Notes under the pieces: generated by a model
Told to the model about the DNA's origin: nothing
Database searches by the model: none
What the model saw: only the letters and a program-made list of their open reading frames with translations
Made by a program: the position numbers and the translations under genes
Origin: Nitrosomonadaceae bacterium
Lineage (GTDB): Bacteria; Pseudomonadota; Gammaproteobacteria; Burkholderiales; Nitrosomonadaceae
DNA length: 64,000 nt
Reading direction: 5' to 3'
Assembly (NCBI GenBank): GCA_947471695.1
Contig: CANIWY010000001.1
Span: 7,448-71,447, forward strand
In this document: one piece after another, positions 21,364-29,891 of the stretch
Position numbering within the stretch: the first letter of the stretch is position 1
How the letters are laid out: every line of letters begins with the position of its first letter

Positions 21364-22233
21364 TTACTCTGCACGGACCTGATCCAGCTGCAAGCACACA
21401 TCCTTTACTGCCTGCAATATGCGCGGCGTCTGGCGGTGAAGCAAATCAGGGTGAATAAAAAACAAATGTTTATTCCGCACCGCTTGCATCTGTGGAAACC
21501 GTTCCCAGAACGCCCCCATCCCACTTTCAGGTAATACCCCACTAATAATCACCTGAGGATTAGTTTGCAACAAGCTTTCAGCCGAAATCACTGGCGCTAA
21601 GATTGATGCAGCAGCAAATATATTGACCCCTCCACAGCGATTAATGATGTCGCTGATAATATGGTTACCATTTACTGTCATTAACGGTTGATTCCAAATA
21701 AGCAGAAACACGCTGACACGCTGCCGACCGACATAGTTCTGCTTGATCAATTGAAGCTCTGTCTCAAAGGAGAGCGCCGCGGACTCCGCTTGGACTGGCG
21801 TTGCAGCCAACTGCCCAATCAATCGTAATAGTCTCGGAATGTCCTCTAGTCTAGCCGCCTCGGTGACAAAAACGGGTAAGCCAAGCTTTTCTAGTCTGTC
21901 AATATCCGCACCGTTACCACTACCCCATGCAATCACCAGATCAGGTCTAAGCATGACCAGTCTCTCCAGATCGAGTCCAGACACCCCCCCAATTTCCGGG
22001 ATGGCTCTTGTAGATACCGGGTAATCACTCCGACTACTCACTCCCACGAGCTTATCACCAGCGCCGGCAGCGTATACCAACTCCGTAATGCTCGGAGAGA
22101 GCGAGATGATGCGCCTTGCGGGGCGCTCCAAATGAGTGTGGTGCCCGCGGTCATCAGTCAAGCTCAGCGGTACGCTGGCTGAGGTGGCTATACCGATAGA
22201 CGCATACAAAAATAACGGGGGGAAAGATAGCAA
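21364..22233 (-). CDS. Periplasmic ABC substrate-binding protein, cobalamin/siderophore (BtuF-like) class
   Basis: Signal peptide, RIISLSPSITELVYAAG and LRPDLVIAW motifs typical of the PF01497 / BtuF-like fold. No partner permease or ATPase gene in this window. Confidence 0.65.
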   Translation of the reverse strand: MLSFPPLFLYASIGIATSASVPLSLTDDRGHHTHLERPARRIISLSPSITELVYAAGAGDKLVGVSSRSDYPVSTRAIPEIGGVSGLDLERLVMLRPDLVIAWGSGNGADIDRLEKLGLPVFVTEAARLEDIPRLLRLIGQLAATPVQAESAALSFETELQLIKQNYVGRQRVSVFLLIWNQPLMTVNGNHIISDIINRCGGVNIFAAASILAPVISAESLLQTNPQVIISGVLPESGMGAFWERFPQMQAVRNKHLFFIHPDLLHRQTPRILQAVKDVCLQLDQVRAE

Positions 22234-22338
22234 CGCCAGAAAAGCGTGTCTGATACTGAGGACTTTTCCTACAAGCGAAAAGCCTCCACGCGAGGATCTT
22301 AAAATAAACTGTGCTGCGGAGGAAATGTCAAATGTCCT

Positions 22339-23457
22339 CTAGTCCTGACAATAACGCCCAGCAAGCGCCGCGCGCTGCAAATAAGCCTCACGAGCGATGC
22401 GAACGTCTTCCAGAAACTGGGGCAGTTCTCTGATTAGTAAAGCCTGCGGCCCATCTACCAACGCCTTGCTTGGCACCGGATGAAAGTCCACCAGCACCAT
22501 ATTAGCACCGGCGATAATGCCCTGGGCAGTGACATGCATGATGTCAAGTATTCCGTCTGGCGAACAAGTACGAGCCCCAACCGAGTGCGATGGGTCAATA
22601 CATACTGGCATACGAGTCAAGCGCTTGACTACCGGGACATGAGCGAAATCCACAAAGTTACGATGGGGGTCTGCCATGTTGGTCTTCATTCCTCGTAGAC
22701 CAAAAACCACCTTGCGGTTGCCCTCAGAGGCCAGGTATTCGGCCGCGTTAAGGGACTCGTCTAGGGTGATGCCAAAACCCCGCTTGATCAGCACCGGAAA
22801 GTTTTGCTGACGACCAACAATTTTAAGTAGTTCAAAATTCTGCGTGTTGCGAGTGCCAATTTGCAGCATCACACCGGTTGGGCTACCGGTCTGATTAAGT
22901 GCCTCACGAATTTCATCGACATGCGATTCGTGAGTGATCTCCATGGAGATCACCTTGATGTCATACTTTCCTGCCAGATCGAATACGTACGGCAGACAGT
23001 CCTTGCCGTGTCCCTGAAATGCATAAGGACTGGTGCGGGGTTTGTAGGCCCCCATCCGGGCACAGACCTGGCCATGGTCGCGCAATGCTCTTAGCATCAT
23101 CTCAACATGCTCGGGCGTATCTACCGCGCATAATCCAGCAAATACGTTCAGAGTATCCTGTCCGAAACGTACGCCGTTATAATCAAAATGTGTTGGCCGA
23201 TCAACGTCCTTATGGCGGCCCAGAACACGATACTCCTCCGAAACACGAACCACTCTCTCTACACACGGCAATCCTTGCACATCCTCAAGCGACAACGCCA
23301 TGGTGTTGCCAATTAAGTATATCTCGGTCAGGGTCTGCTCGGCTCCAACCTCTGTATGTATACGGGTAGTAATGCCCAGCATGCCGGATAAGTGTCCCAG
23401 TAACCGCTGGTACTTGATGTTATCGGGATGGGTGTCTGGGGTCAGAATCAGTATCAT
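22339..23457 (-). CDS. 3-deoxy-7-phosphoheptulonate (DAHP) synthase, class I-beta with N-terminal regulatory domain
   Basis: About 80 aa of ferredoxin-like N-terminal extension, then the DAHPS/KDO8PS I-beta core (GLCAVDTPEHVE, GAYKPRTSPYAFQG, CIDPSHS). Confidence 0.8.
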   Translation of the reverse strand: MILILTPDTHPDNIKYQRLLGHLSGMLGITTRIHTEVGAEQTLTEIYLIGNTMALSLEDVQGLPCVERVVRVSEEYRVLGRHKDVDRPTHFDYNGVRFGQDTLNVFAGLCAVDTPEHVEMMLRALRDHGQVCARMGAYKPRTSPYAFQGHGKDCLPYVFDLAGKYDIKVISMEITHESHVDEIREALNQTGSPTGVMLQIGTRNTQNFELLKIVGRQQNFPVLIKRGFGITLDESLNAAEYLASEGNRKVVFGLRGMKTNMADPHRNFVDFAHVPVVKRLTRMPVCIDPSHSVGARTCSPDGILDIMHVTAQGIIAGANMVLVDFHPVPSKALVDGPQALLIRELPQFLEDVRIAREAYLQRAALAGRYCQD

Positions 23458-23687
23458 AGAAAGTTACCAAGTAGGGGGGTAAATCTACGCCGAGAATCCG
23501 CTTGGATTCTAACTGAAAAGGCCACTACCCACCACGACATTGACTCTGGCTTTTATCATGTTGTGCGGGCTATACTTCTGATTGGAAAGATCATAGGGGT
23601 GCGAGACGGCAACATGGCACCCCCCGACTAACCGCCCTCGCTCGCGTTGATTCGAGTATCACTTACTGTCTTATCTAAATCAAGTAA

Positions 23688-24704
23688 ATGCCGGCACCGA
23701 ACCAGATGCTCAGAGCTAATACAAACCACCCTCACGCGATCTTCCTCATGGGGCCGACTGCCAGCGGCAAAAGCGGTGTTGCCCTAGAGGTCGCTCGCCA
23801 TCTGCCGGTGGAAATCGTTAGCGTGGATTCGGCTCAGGTATACCGTCATATGGATATTGGTACTGCTAAACCAAGTACCGAAACCCTGGCCGCGGTACCT
23901 CACCACCTGATCGACTTGATCGAGCCATGCGAACGCTACTCCGCAGGGCAATTTCGAGATGATGCGCTGCTCGCGATGCGAGAGATTACCGAGCGCGGCA
24001 ATATCCCGTTGCTGGTTGGTGGGACCATGCTCTATTTCAGAGCACTGATGTATGGACTATCCGAACTTCCCACTGCCGATAATAAACTTCGCATGACTAT
24101 CAGCAGCATGGCTGAAGGTCTCGGCTGGCCCGCAATGCACCTCCAGCTCCAGCAGATTGACCCTGTCAGTGCCACAAGGATTAAGTCAACTGATAGTCAG
24201 CGTATTCAGCGCGCGTTGGAGGTGTGCTACCTCGCAGACAAACCAATGTCTGAGATTTTAACAAAGCCCAGATCTGTCGACTTGCCCTATCAGATCATAC
24301 ATATCGCCCTAATTCCAAGTGAGCGTGAGGTGCTGCACCAGCGAATTTCACATCGCTTTGACGAAATGCTCAGTCTGGGGCTGATTGACGAAGTACGCTC
24401 CCTCCTTGATAAATTTAAACTTGATCCCGACACCCCTGCAATGCGATGTGTCGGTTACCGCCAAGTACGGATGTACCTGAATAATGAAGTCAGCAGGAAC
24501 GAAATGCGGTCAATGGGAATGGCCGCCACCCGCCAACTGGCTAAGCGCCAACTCACCTGGCTTCGTCCGATGCAAGGACTGCGGGAGTTTGACTGCCTGT
24601 CTCAGGATCTTGCACAACAGGTATCAGTATATCTCCAAGCAATCATTTCGGATGGGGTAGCGAACTCAAGGTCGCAACAACTTCCAGACCCATATCTTAA
24701 TTAA
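23688..24704 (+). CDS. miaA: tRNA dimethylallyltransferase
   Basis: IFLMGPTASGKSGVALEVA P-loop, VSVDSAQVYRHMDIGTAKP and HHLID motifs. Confidence 0.93.
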   Translation: MPAPNQMLRANTNHPHAIFLMGPTASGKSGVALEVARHLPVEIVSVDSAQVYRHMDIGTAKPSTETLAAVPHHLIDLIEPCERYSAGQFRDDALLAMREITERGNIPLLVGGTMLYFRALMYGLSELPTADNKLRMTISSMAEGLGWPAMHLQLQQIDPVSATRIKSTDSQRIQRALEVCYLADKPMSEILTKPRSVDLPYQIIHIALIPSEREVLHQRISHRFDEMLSLGLIDEVRSLLDKFKLDPDTPAMRCVGYRQVRMYLNNEVSRNEMRSMGMAATRQLAKRQLTWLRPMQGLREFDCLSQDLAQQVSVYLQAIISDGVANSRSQQLPDPYLN

Positions 24705-24755
24705 TTGTTACCCGTTTTCAATCTAATCGAGCTCAATCTCATAAAAGGGGGCTTC

Positions 24756-25091
24756 ATGAAAAATCACCACAAGTCACTTACGCTGATCATGGTCCTCACC
24801 AGCACTCTATTCGTCAGTTCATGCCAGAAGTTTGGTGAGGGTGTGCATAAGACCTGGGTTGAGCCGCCGAAAAAAGCACTGGTGGATGACAGCACCCTGA
24901 CAACCACCGTGAAGTCCTCGTTGCTAACCGACCCAGAACTTAACGGTCTGAACTTGCAAGTCGAAGCTCACGCTGGTGAGGTCATACTGAGTGGATTAGT
25001 TAAAACTCAAAGCCAGATCGATCGGGTCAACACTCTCACCTGGTTGGTAGAGGGCGTTAAGAAAGTAGATAACAGAATGAGCATGAAATGA
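24756..25091 (+). CDS. BON-domain lipoprotein (OsmY-like)
   Basis: ATG 24756 is preceded by AAAGGGGG. Lipobox FVSSC, then a single BON domain (VEAHAGEVILSGLV.TQSQ). The track ORF starts at an upstream TTG (24705). Confidence 0.7.
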   Translation: MKNHHKSLTLIMVLTSTLFVSSCQKFGEGVHKTWVEPPKKALVDDSTLTTTVKSSLLTDPELNGLNLQVEAHAGEVILSGLVKTQSQIDRVNTLTWLVEGVKKVDNRMSMK

Positions 25092-25108
25092 TTGTTGTGG
25101 GCGCCGCT

Positions 25109-25150
25109 ACTCGCATACAAAACTGCGTTCCGCAGCTCCCAGATGCGAGT
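25109..25150 (+). terminator. Candidate terminator / structured element after the BON gene
   Basis: The 8-bp arms ACTCGCAT (25109-25116) and ATGCGAGT (25143-25150) enclose an inner hairpin CTGCG-TTC-CGCAG (25123-25135). Only a weak T tract follows. Confidence 0.3.
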
Positions 25151-25204
25151 TTAGGTTAGTATGTCTTAGTTATCCTCACCTACGCAGGAGAACTCATCTC
25201 GGCC

Positions 25205-27508
25205 ATGGCTCTTTCCCCCCTGCTCCTGTTGCTGTCCACCATCATCGGCACAGTTCTGCTTATTCCGCCGCTACGGCGAGCGCTTATTTCGAACCATGTA
25301 CTCAAAATTTTTCGCAATATCCTGCCCCAGGTTTCGCAGACCGAGCAGGAGGCTCTGGATGCGGGTACCGTTTGGTGGGATGGGGACCTATTCAGCGGCA
25401 AGCCCGACTGGAACAAACTCCTATCCTACCCCAAGCCCCAACTAACGGCTGAGGAGACGGCCTTTCTCGCCGGCCCGGTAGAGCAATTATGCGAAATGTT
25501 GGACGAGTGGAAGATCACTCGCGAGCTTCATGATCTGCCGCCTGAGGTCTGGCAATTCATCAAGCAAAACGGATTTTTTGGCATGATTATCCCGAGGCAA
25601 TACGGCGGGCACGGGTTTTCTGCGTTGGCCCATTCGGAAGTCGTGATGAAGATCGGCTCTCGCAGCGGTACAGCGGCAGTAACAGTGATGGTCCCGAACT
25701 CGCTCGGCCCAGCGGAACTTCTGCTGCATTACGGTACCGAAGAACAGAAAAACTATTACCTGCCACGCTTAGCAAAAGGGCTGGAAGTTCCCTGCTTCGC
25801 ACTTACCGGCCCAAGTGCCGGGTCGGATGCAGGCTCAATCCCCGACTCCGGCACTGTCTGTCTGGGTGAATTCGATGGCTGTCAGGATGTCTTGGGAATG
25901 CGCGTTACCTGGGAAAAGCGCTACATCACATTGGGCCCGGTGGCGACACTACTGGGGCTAGCATTCAAGCTCTACGATCCCAATGGACTGCTAGGTACCC
26001 GAAAAGATCTCGGTATTACACTCGCACTGATTCCCACCAATACCCCAGGTATCAATATCGGTCGCCGCCATTTTCCCCTAGATGCAGCCTTTCAAAATGG
26101 TCCTAACTCTGGTCAGGATGTATTCATCCCGATGAAGTGGGTAATCGGCGGACTCGATGGAGTGGGTCTCGGTTGGCGCATGCTGATGAACTGCCTCGCT
26201 GCTGGACGCTCGATTTCATTGCCCGCCACGGCTACTAGCGCCGCTAAGCTAGCGGCCCGTACCAGCGGTGCGTATTGTCGAGTCAGGACTCAGTTTGGTA
26301 TGCCCATCGGTCGTTTCGAGGGGGTGGAGGAGGCCCTCGCTCGCATCGGTGGAAATACATATATGATGGATGCGGCTCGAGTGATGACGGCGGGCGCAGT
26401 CGATCTAGGGGAAAAGCCCTCGGTCATCTCTGCCATCGTCAAGTACCATCTCACTGAGCGCAGCCGGCAGACCATTAATGATGCGATGGATGTACACGGC
26501 GGGAAAGGCATCTGCATGGGCCCCAGTAATTATCTTGCACGCACCTACCAACAGACTCCGGTCGGCATCACGGTGGAGGGTGCAAACATTCTTACTCGCA
26601 GTATGATGATATTCGGGCAGGGAGCGGTCCGCTGCCACCCCTATGTGCTTAAGGAAATTCACGCAGCCAATGACAGCGATGCCAAACGCGCTTCTCTGAA
26701 CTTTGACCGGACGCTGATGGGCCACCTCTCCTTCAGTGTTGGAAATGGCTTAAGATCACTATTTCACGGACTAACTGGCTCCTCTCTGGCAAATGCGCCC
26801 CTTAATATCGCTCCCGAGGTACGACATTACTACCAGCAACTGAGCCGATTGTCAGCCTCCTTTGCGTTGGCCGCAGATATCTCCATGCTCGCTCTGGGTG
26901 GGACACTCAAACGCAAGGAGAAGCTCTCCGCCCGGTTGGGTGACATTCTAAGTCTGCTATACCTTTGCTCAGCGACGCTGAAGCGCTTCGAAGATGATGC
27001 CCGTCCAACTTCCGATTTGCCATTGCTAAATTGGTCGATACAGGATGCGCTTTATCATCTGCAGCAAGCATTCGATGGCTTACTAAATAATTTTCCTAAC
27101 CGACTCGCGGCATGGGTGCTGCAGTTACTGATATTTCCACTGGGCAAAACGTACTCCCCTCCTGAGGATGATCTAGGTCACTTGGTGGCGATGCTGATGC
27201 TGGAACCGGGTGATACACGTGACCGCCTGACCGCAGGAATCTATATACCAAGCTCCTTAGATGAACCCATAGGAGTTTTGGAAAAGGCCCTTCAGTGCGC
27301 GACACTATGCGAGATCACGGAGATTAAGGTTCGTACTGCAGTCAAGTCTGGCCTTATTTCTACGCAAGGTGATGAGAAGACCACTGAAGCGCTGGAGCGG
27401 GGTATTATTACTGCCGCTGAAGCGGAATCATTAAAAGAAATGAAGTCACTGCGCCGACATGTCATCATGGTTGATGACTTTCCATCTGACTTTGGTCCGC
27501 AAAAATAA
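25205..27508 (+). CDS. fadE: Acyl-CoA dehydrogenase, FadE type
   Basis: Collinear with E. coli FadE over nearly the whole length, e.g. GTVWWDGDLFSGKPDW, VPNSLGPAELLLHYGT, ITVEGANILTRSMMIFGQGAVRCHPY. Confidence 0.9.
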   Translation: MALSPLLLLLSTIIGTVLLIPPLRRALISNHVLKIFRNILPQVSQTEQEALDAGTVWWDGDLFSGKPDWNKLLSYPKPQLTAEETAFLAGPVEQLCEMLDEWKITRELHDLPPEVWQFIKQNGFFGMIIPRQYGGHGFSALAHSEVVMKIGSRSGTAAVTVMVPNSLGPAELLLHYGTEEQKNYYLPRLAKGLEVPCFALTGPSAGSDAGSIPDSGTVCLGEFDGCQDVLGMRVTWEKRYITLGPVATLLGLAFKLYDPNGLLGTRKDLGITLALIPTNTPGINIGRRHFPLDAAFQNGPNSGQDVFIPMKWVIGGLDGVGLGWRMLMNCLAAGRSISLPATATSAAKLAARTSGAYCRVRTQFGMPIGRFEGVEEALARIGGNTYMMDAARVMTAGAVDLGEKPSVISAIVKYHLTERSRQTINDAMDVHGGKGICMGPSNYLARTYQQTPVGITVEGANILTRSMMIFGQGAVRCHPYVLKEIHAANDSDAKRASLNFDRTLMGHLSFSVGNGLRSLFHGLTGSSLANAPLNIAPEVRHYYQQLSRLSASFALAADISMLALGGTLKRKEKLSARLGDILSLLYLCSATLKRFEDDARPTSDLPLLNWSIQDALYHLQQAFDGLLNNFPNRLAAWVLQLLIFPLGKTYSPPEDDLGHLVAMLMLEPGDTRDRLTAGIYIPSSLDEPIGVLEKALQCATLCEITEIKVRTAVKSGLISTQGDEKTTEALERGIITAAEAESLKEMKSLRRHVIMVDDFPSDFGPQK

Positions 27509-27574
27509 CGTGTTGGCACATAAAGAATTATTTATTATGGGCGTCTAGATTTCTAGGGGCCCCTAAGGGCAGTT

Positions 27575-29398
27575 ATGCCGCAACAAAATTCGGCGCATAT
27601 CATCACAGTGGAGGCCGCTGGAACGCTGGCCGGCCTATTCAATGAACGCGTCCATCGCTCACCGAACGGGGTGGCTTACCGAGACTACGATCCATCGAAT
27701 GGCAAGTGGCGTGACCACACTTGGATGCAAATGTCCCGGGAGGTTTCCCGCTGGCAGTTGGCCCTCATCAGTGAGGGCTTAGTCGCAGGAGACCGCATCG
27801 CCGTGATGGCAAGAAATTGCCCTGAATGGGTGATGCTGGACCAAGCGGCGCTTGGCCTAGGTTTAGTGGTAGTACCTCTCTATACAGCCGACCGCGCTGA
27901 GAACGCGTCCTATGTCCTGCGCGATGCCGGCGCTAAGATGCTGCTAGTTGAAGGTATTCCACAGTGGCAGACTCTCTCCGAAATACGCGACCAACTCAGC
28001 GGTTTGTTACGGGTAGTAACGATCAGCCCGTTTGCTGAGAATGCCCATCAGGCAGATCATGACTTGGTTCGAGCGCTGCTTAATTGGTTGCCTCCATCAA
28101 GCCAAGCTCGCGAAGTGGCCCATCTCTGCGCACCGAATGACCTTGCCACCATCATCTACACTTCAGGCACTTCAGGCCGCCCCAAAGGCGTAATGCTGAG
28201 TCATTACAATATACTCAGCAATGCGTATAGCTGCTTGCAAGTTGTACGGGTTGAGCAATCTGATCTGTTGCTGTCTTTCCTGCCGCTGTCTCATACTTTT
28301 GAGCGTACGGCCGGCTACTATCTGCCGATGATGGCTGGAGCTACAGTCGCTCATGCCCGTTCAATTGAACAATTACAAGAGGATCTGCTAGTCATTCGGC
28401 CCACCCTGCTGATTTCGGTTCCACGCATCTATGAGCGAGTTCATAACGGTGTCCGTACTAAACTTGAAGGGGGGTCATCTCTCGGCCGATATATATTCGA
28501 CCTAGCGATCGAGGTTGGTTACAGCCGCTTTGAACGCCAGCAAGGGCGAGCCCCTTGGCAAGCCTCGCACTTGCTCTGGCCGCTATTGAATAAACTTATT
28601 GCTCGCAAGGTGATGGATAAACTGGGTGGGCGCTTACGGATGGCAATGAGCGGTGGCGCCGCCTTGCCAACAGAGGTTTCGCGTATGTTCATCGGGCTCG
28701 GCCTGCCTATTCTGCAAGGATATGGAATGACTGAGAGTAGCCCCGTTGTATGCACCAATACCTTCGAAAATAACTTGCCGTCCAGTGTTGGCCCACCCAT
28801 TCCTGGTGTAACCGTAAAACTGGGTGAACATAATGCCCTGCTAATCCATGGCCCCAATGTGATGATGGGCTACTGGCATAACCCAGAGGCCACAAAAGCA
28901 GTGCTGACGGATGGTGGGTGGCTTAACTCTGGTGATATAGCCCGCATTGATGAAGAAGGCCGGGTGACCATTACCGGCCGTTTAAAAGAAATCATTGTCA
29001 TGTCCAATGGAGAAAAAATTCCTCCAGCAGATATGGAAGCGGCAATTTTACGTGATCCCCTTTTTGATCAGGTCATGCTAATTGGGGAGGGGCGTTCGTA
29101 TTTGAGTGCTTTGGTGGTATTAAACCCCCGCAACTGGGAGCGACTTGCTTTACTGTACCATCTTGAATCTGACCTAGTACCTATGCTGCAGGACTTGCGA
29201 GCCAAGGAGGTCGTGCTGGATAAGATCGCTCATCAGATTCGCGAGTTCCCGGGTTATGCGAAGATCCGCCGCGTTGTTTTGCTTGCCTCACCGTGGACGG
29301 TTGAGAATGACATGCTCACGCCGACCCTCAAACTACGACGGGGGCAAGTGCTAGAGCACTATAAGAACCAGGTTGAAGAGCTCTATGCGGGCCATTAA
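27575..29398 (+). CDS. Long-chain acyl-CoA synthetase (AMP-forming)
   Basis: AMP-binding signature IIYTSGTSGRPKGVMLSH, then GYGMTESS and GWLNSGDIA motifs. 607 aa. Confidence 0.85.
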   Translation: MPQQNSAHIITVEAAGTLAGLFNERVHRSPNGVAYRDYDPSNGKWRDHTWMQMSREVSRWQLALISEGLVAGDRIAVMARNCPEWVMLDQAALGLGLVVVPLYTADRAENASYVLRDAGAKMLLVEGIPQWQTLSEIRDQLSGLLRVVTISPFAENAHQADHDLVRALLNWLPPSSQAREVAHLCAPNDLATIIYTSGTSGRPKGVMLSHYNILSNAYSCLQVVRVEQSDLLLSFLPLSHTFERTAGYYLPMMAGATVAHARSIEQLQEDLLVIRPTLLISVPRIYERVHNGVRTKLEGGSSLGRYIFDLAIEVGYSRFERQQGRAPWQASHLLWPLLNKLIARKVMDKLGGRLRMAMSGGAALPTEVSRMFIGLGLPILQGYGMTESSPVVCTNTFENNLPSSVGPPIPGVTVKLGEHNALLIHGPNVMMGYWHNPEATKAVLTDGGWLNSGDIARIDEEGRVTITGRLKEIIVMSNGEKIPPADMEAAILRDPLFDQVMLIGEGRSYLSALVVLNPRNWERLALLYHLESDLVPMLQDLRAKEVVLDKIAHQIREFPGYAKIRRVVLLASPWTVENDMLTPTLKLRRGQVLEHYKNQVEELYAGH

Positions 29399-29445
29399 TC
29401 CCCCCGCGAGAATGGCGATTTACTAATCATTAGGATCCGACAAAC

Positions 29446-29862
29446 GTGAAAGTCAATTCTGAAATCCACGCGTCTCTGCCGACCGGGCGAGATCCCATCC
29501 TTCGCATCGTTCCAATGCCGACAGACACTAACTACGCCGGCGATGTTTTCGGAGGGTGGATCATGGCGCAAGTGGACATTGCGGGCAGTCTGCCAGCGAT
29601 ACGCCGCGCGCGTGGACGGGTAGCAACGGTCGCGGTCAACTCTTTTGTGTTCAAGCATCCTGTCTTTGTCGGTGATCTGGTGAGTTTCTATGCGGAAGTT
29701 ATCAAGGTCGGGCGTACATCAATCACAGTCGCTGTAGAGGTTTATGCCCAACGGGGCCCACGCGAGGGTGGAGCAGAAGTATGCAGCAAGGTGACAGAGG
29801 CCGTTTTAACTTATGTAGCCGTGGACGAGCAGCGCAAACCACGAGTCGTTCCACAAGAATGA
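29446..29862 (+). CDS. Acyl-CoA thioesterase (YciA-like hotdog fold)
   Basis: GTG start. The PTDTNYAGDVFGGWIMAQVD motif is typical of YciA/Acot-type hotdog thioesterases. Confidence 0.8.
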   Translation: MKVNSEIHASLPTGRDPILRIVPMPTDTNYAGDVFGGWIMAQVDIAGSLPAIRRARGRVATVAVNSFVFKHPVFVGDLVSFYAEVIKVGRTSITVAVEVYAQRGPREGGAEVCSKVTEAVLTYVAVDEQRKPRVVPQE

Positions 29863-29891
29863 GTTGAAGGCCTAATAAGACGGGAGATCAA

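Noticed and set aside
22234-22338. A possible cobalamin riboswitch upstream of the BtuF-like binding protein gene.
   Set aside because: The spacer is only 105 nt and no B12-box-like (GCCACTG-type) element is visible on the coding strand.
23493-23510. A hairpin AGAATCC-GCTT-GGATTCT in the divergent DAHP synthase / miaA spacer.
   Set aside because: It is a short 7-bp stem with no T tract on either strand and no second copy noticed. That is not enough to assign a function.
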